From the IMG/VR virus record IMGVR_UViG_2061766007_000756: a DNA stretch of 17,449 nucleotides; one strand, written 5' to 3'. The position numbers and the translations under genes are program-made. Shown here piece by piece: positions 15,218 through 17,449 of this stretch (position 1 is its first letter; every line of letters starts with the position of its first letter). The DNA is from an uncultured virus (IMG/VR IMGVR_UViG_2061766007_000756) (taxonomy: Duplodnaviria > Heunggongvirae > Uroviricota > Caudoviricetes). A model generated the notes under the pieces. The model searched no databases and had not been told where the DNA came from. It saw only the letters and a program-made list of their open reading frames with translations.

Positions 15218-15398
15218 ATTTGCCCATGACCCGAGCGATGAGGGCGATGTAGCCTTCGTTTTCCTCGCCGCGGATGATGGTCCAGCCGAGCCGAACGGCT
15301 TTTCTGTACTCGGCGCCGAAGGTCTCATCGTTGGTGTTGATGACTTCCTTAAGTTCGCCCTTCTTGTTGATGAGCAGGTAGTTGATGAAGTTCGTCAT
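15216..15398 (-). CDS. Small hypothetical protein, 60 aa
   Basis: MTNFINYLL..; GGGAG RBS, promoter 15435-15463. Confidence 0.78.
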   Translation of the reverse strand: MTNFINYLLINKKGELKEVINTNDETFGAEYRKAVRLGWTIIRGEENEGYIALIARVMGK

Positions 15399-15513
15399 TT
15401 CTTTGGTCTCCCTTTCTTTTCTCTTTCTGAATACAGTATAGCACGACCCGGTCTTTTTGTCAAGCGTTTTTTCAAAAAAATTTAAAAAAATTTTTCGGCA
15501 AAATAAGAGCTTG

Positions 15514-15840
15514 TCACCTCTTCGTGACAAGCTCGACCTCTTCTATTTCATCATCGCCGATGATGCTATCCGTGGTGTTGTTAAACATCAGCATTCGCAC
15601 CTCATCACCTACCCTGTAGCCGTCTCCTGTGAATGTCCAGAAGTAGCCCGCTTTGTCCTTGACTTTGATCACATTGTTTTCCACCTTGATGACCTCGGCT
15701 TCTCTGTGGTAGTGGCATTCGTACCAGCCTACACGACCGACCAATAGCAAGAACGCAATCAGCGCAAGCGTGGCAATTACTACGTTGATGATGCCTTGCA
15801 GTCTTCTCTCTCTTCTTCTCTGTAACTCTCTTCTTGTCAT
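15514..15840 (-). CDS. Single-pass membrane protein, 108 aa
   Basis: Basic N-terminus, one TM (IINVVIATLALIAFLLLVG), beta-rich C-domain. Confidence 0.8.
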   Translation of the reverse strand: MTRRELQRRRERRLQGIINVVIATLALIAFLLLVGRVGWYECHYHREAEVIKVENNVIKVKDKAGYFWTFTGDGYRVGDEVRMLMFNNTTDSIIGDDEIEEVELVTKR

Positions 15841-15960
15841 TGTTGTGTGTCCTCTCTTTCTTTGTCTCTCTGTGTGTCTATTGTATCACTCTTTGTGCGT
15901 CTTGTCAAGTGTTTGTTTGCTCTGTTGTTGTGCTCTTTGTGTGTCTCTCNNNNNNNNNNC

Positions 15961-16229
15961 CCACACCGCGCCTGCGCAAGCGCTATCTTTTCTACTCTTT
16001 CTGCTGGACAACCCTTCAACGTATTACACACACATGCATTACTGTGAATAATACATGTGTGTGTTTTATTTGACCAACTTATCACGTTTGTTTGTTCATC
16101 ATTGTTGTTGTCTTTACGCGTTGTTTGCCGCGCTGTTAGAGGCTGTTTGTTAGGGCGTGGTGCAGGAGGCGCCAGTAGACCTCCAGCATTGTGTCACGTT
16201 AGACCGGGGGGTACTTTTCGGGAAAAAAA
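15961..16229 (+). repeat. Imperfect direct repeat of about 270 bp, copy 1
   Basis: Aligns with 17179-17449 with scattered differences. Confidence 0.85.
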
Positions 16230-16322
16230 TTTTTTTGAAGAGGCAAATTGATTTTGCCTGGCCACAACTCTCTCCAAATCAATTTTCAATCTCGGATTAC
16301 GACCCTCTCCCCTCAAGTCCAA

Positions 16323-16640
16323 TCACGATCTATCAATCTTCCCAATAATATCGTCCTGCTTAATTGAACCGCTATCAGTACGATAATTAATTATCGGGGC
16401 ATCATTATAACTACTATCATAGTTTACAATAATTCCCAAAATTATGCTTCTTCCTTCTCTGTACTCAGGCACCGGAGTAGTCCCCTTTCCATGGCACTTG
16501 GGGCACGGTAAAACAGTGTGGTCTGCACCTTGTACCTCTTTAGCCCCGCCGCAAAAACTACACTTCTCTTCTCTATTAGAATTTTGTGCATATCTCCAGG
16601 TGACTTCATCACCAATATTATAATTTACTACAATATTCAT
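16323..16640 (-). CDS. Zinc-finger protein with DnaJ-type CxxCxGxG-like motifs
   Basis: CSFCGGAK...CPKCHGKG. Confidence 0.8.
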   Translation of the reverse strand: MNIVVNYNIGDEVTWRYAQNSNREEKCSFCGGAKEVQGADHTVLPCPKCHGKGTTPVPEYREGRSIILGIIVNYDSSYNDAPIINYRTDSGSIKQDDIIGKIDRS

Positions 16641-16642
16641 TC

Positions 16643-16957
16643 TTAAATCTCCAAATTCATTTGTCCTTCAATTTGCGCCGACCCATAAACCTGGCTGTTC
16701 AATTCCTTCGGAATTTCACAGCCCAATTCCTTAAGTACATCAAAAGCAACTTGATATTTTGGATCTACGCCATTATCCTTATACATAAGCACATAATTGC
16801 GCGAGCCGGTGCTGAGTNNNNNNNNNNNNNNNNNNNNNNNNNNNNNNNNNNNNNNNNNNNNNAAGCCATACCGGCTCCTCAATCCAGAAGGAATAGAAAC
16901 TCTCCCAAGTGAATCAACCTTGCGCGAAACATTTTCATCACAAATATTATAATCCAT
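16643..16957 (-). CDS. AbrB/MazE/SpoVT-family DNA-binding protein (internal N gap)
   Basis: RKVDSLGRVSIPSGLR matches the AbrB N-terminal RKVDxLGRxxIPxxLR pattern; AGAGGAG RBS. Confidence 0.8.
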   Translation of the reverse strand: MDYNICDENVSRKVDSLGRVSIPSGLRSRYGXXXXXXXXXXXXXXXXLSTGSRNYVLMYKDNGVDPKYQVAFDVLKELGCEIPKELNSQVYGSAQIEGQMNLEI

Positions 16958-17178
16958 TAACCCTGCGGCTCCTCTGCTTTCGTTTCTTCANNNNNNNNNN
17001 TGCTTACTGTGTGCTGTTGGTATTTCTGCAAAATAGCGTTGTCCATCGATGCAGTACGTTTTTTTGCTGTTCTGCTGGTGCTGCAGTTCTGGGAAACAGC
17101 GTGTGCTTGCCTGTGCTGTGCTTGCCCTTGCGATTTTTTCTAAAGGTCTGTGCTGTGGCAAATCAGGCGCGCTGCGAT

Positions 17179-17449
17179 CCACACCGCGCCTGCGCAAGCA
17201 CTATCTTTTCTACTCTTTCTGCTGGACAACCCTTCAATGTATTACACATACATGCATGATACAAATCCATACATGTGTGTGCATTTATTTTGGCTAACTT
17301 ATCACATTTGTTTGTTCATCGTTGTTGTTGTCTTTGCGCGTTGTTTGCCGCGCTGTTGGAGGCTGTTTGTTAGGGCGTGGTGCAGGAGGCGCCAGTAGGC
17401 CTCCAGCATTGTGTCACGTTAGACCGGGGGGTACTTTTCGGGAAAAAAA
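17179..17449 (+). repeat. Imperfect direct repeat, copy 2 (runs to window end)
   Basis: Aligns with 15961-16229. Confidence 0.85.

Larger units (their letters stand above)
1..15908 (-). mobile_element. Phage-like early/accessory gene array of individually promoted small genes
   Basis: About 33 short co-oriented ORFs, nearly each with its own consensus sigmaA promoter and RBS; no housekeeping genes; no phage hallmark gene in the window either. Confidence 0.7.
151..15908 (-). promoter_or_regulatory. 36 near-consensus sigma70/sigmaA promoters, mostly with extended -10 and UP tract
   Basis: -10..-35 spans read directly: 151-179, 661-689, 1126-1154, 1949-1977, 2525-2553, 2652-2680, 3129-3157, 3627-3655, 4161-4189, 4789-4817, 5322-5350, 5498-5526, 6292-6320, 6900-6927, 7592-7620, 8138-8166, 8249-8277, 8490-8518, 9054-9082, 9580-9608, 9723-9751, 10163-10191, 10747-10775, 11291-11319, 11411-11439, 11975-12003, 12308-12336, 12528-12556, 12915-12943, 13469-13497, 13981-14009, 14387-14415, 14666-14694, 14970-14998, 15435-15463, 15880-15908. 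Spacer is 17 bp in all but 6900-6927 (16 bp). Confidence 0.93.

Noticed and set aside
1919..15530. Long N-terminal extensions such as MLDK..CYT.. or MLY.. on many ORFs
   Set aside because: They are translations of the TTGACA..TGCTATACT promoter itself; real starts follow the RBS
1..15908. CRISPR array or classical integron attC array
   Set aside because: Repeats are promoter elements separated by whole genes; no constant-length spacers, attC R/L boxes, cas or intI seen
93..17398. All plus-strand ORFs in the track
   Set aside because: Antisense shadows of minus-strand genes or low-complexity ORFs; no RBS or promoter support

Overview
Scaffolded (N-gapped) 17.4-kb window that looks like the early/host-takeover or first-entering region of a large phage or other mobile element of a Firmicute (probably Clostridia). 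No structural, integrase or replication hallmark gene is present, so the origin is inferred. From 1 to about 15.9 kb every real gene is a small minus-strand ORF built as a self-contained unit: GC-rich palindrome (usually CCCGGG), A/T UP tract, near-consensus sigmaA promoter (TTGACA-17-TGnTATAaT/TATACT; 36 counted), strong RBS, ORF. Several gene families recur as diverged paralogues: a winged-HTH-like protein x4, two unknown families x3 each, and a HAD phosphatase x2. Single-copy genes include a DEDDh exonuclease, a GIY-YIG/T5orf172-like protein, an HEXXH peptidase and a PD-(D/E)xK-like protein. The spacers carry three interleaved palindromic operator classes, six copies each: Gram-positive LexA boxes, clostridial-type Rex boxes and an unassigned GTTAGC-N4-GCTAAC box. 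The wHTH paralogues sit behind different operators. There are also candidate ncRNAs, a 30-bp-phased repeat array, strand-biased TG/TC tracts and a possible genome-terminus motif, beyond which lie an AT-richer zinc-finger gene and an AbrB-like gene.
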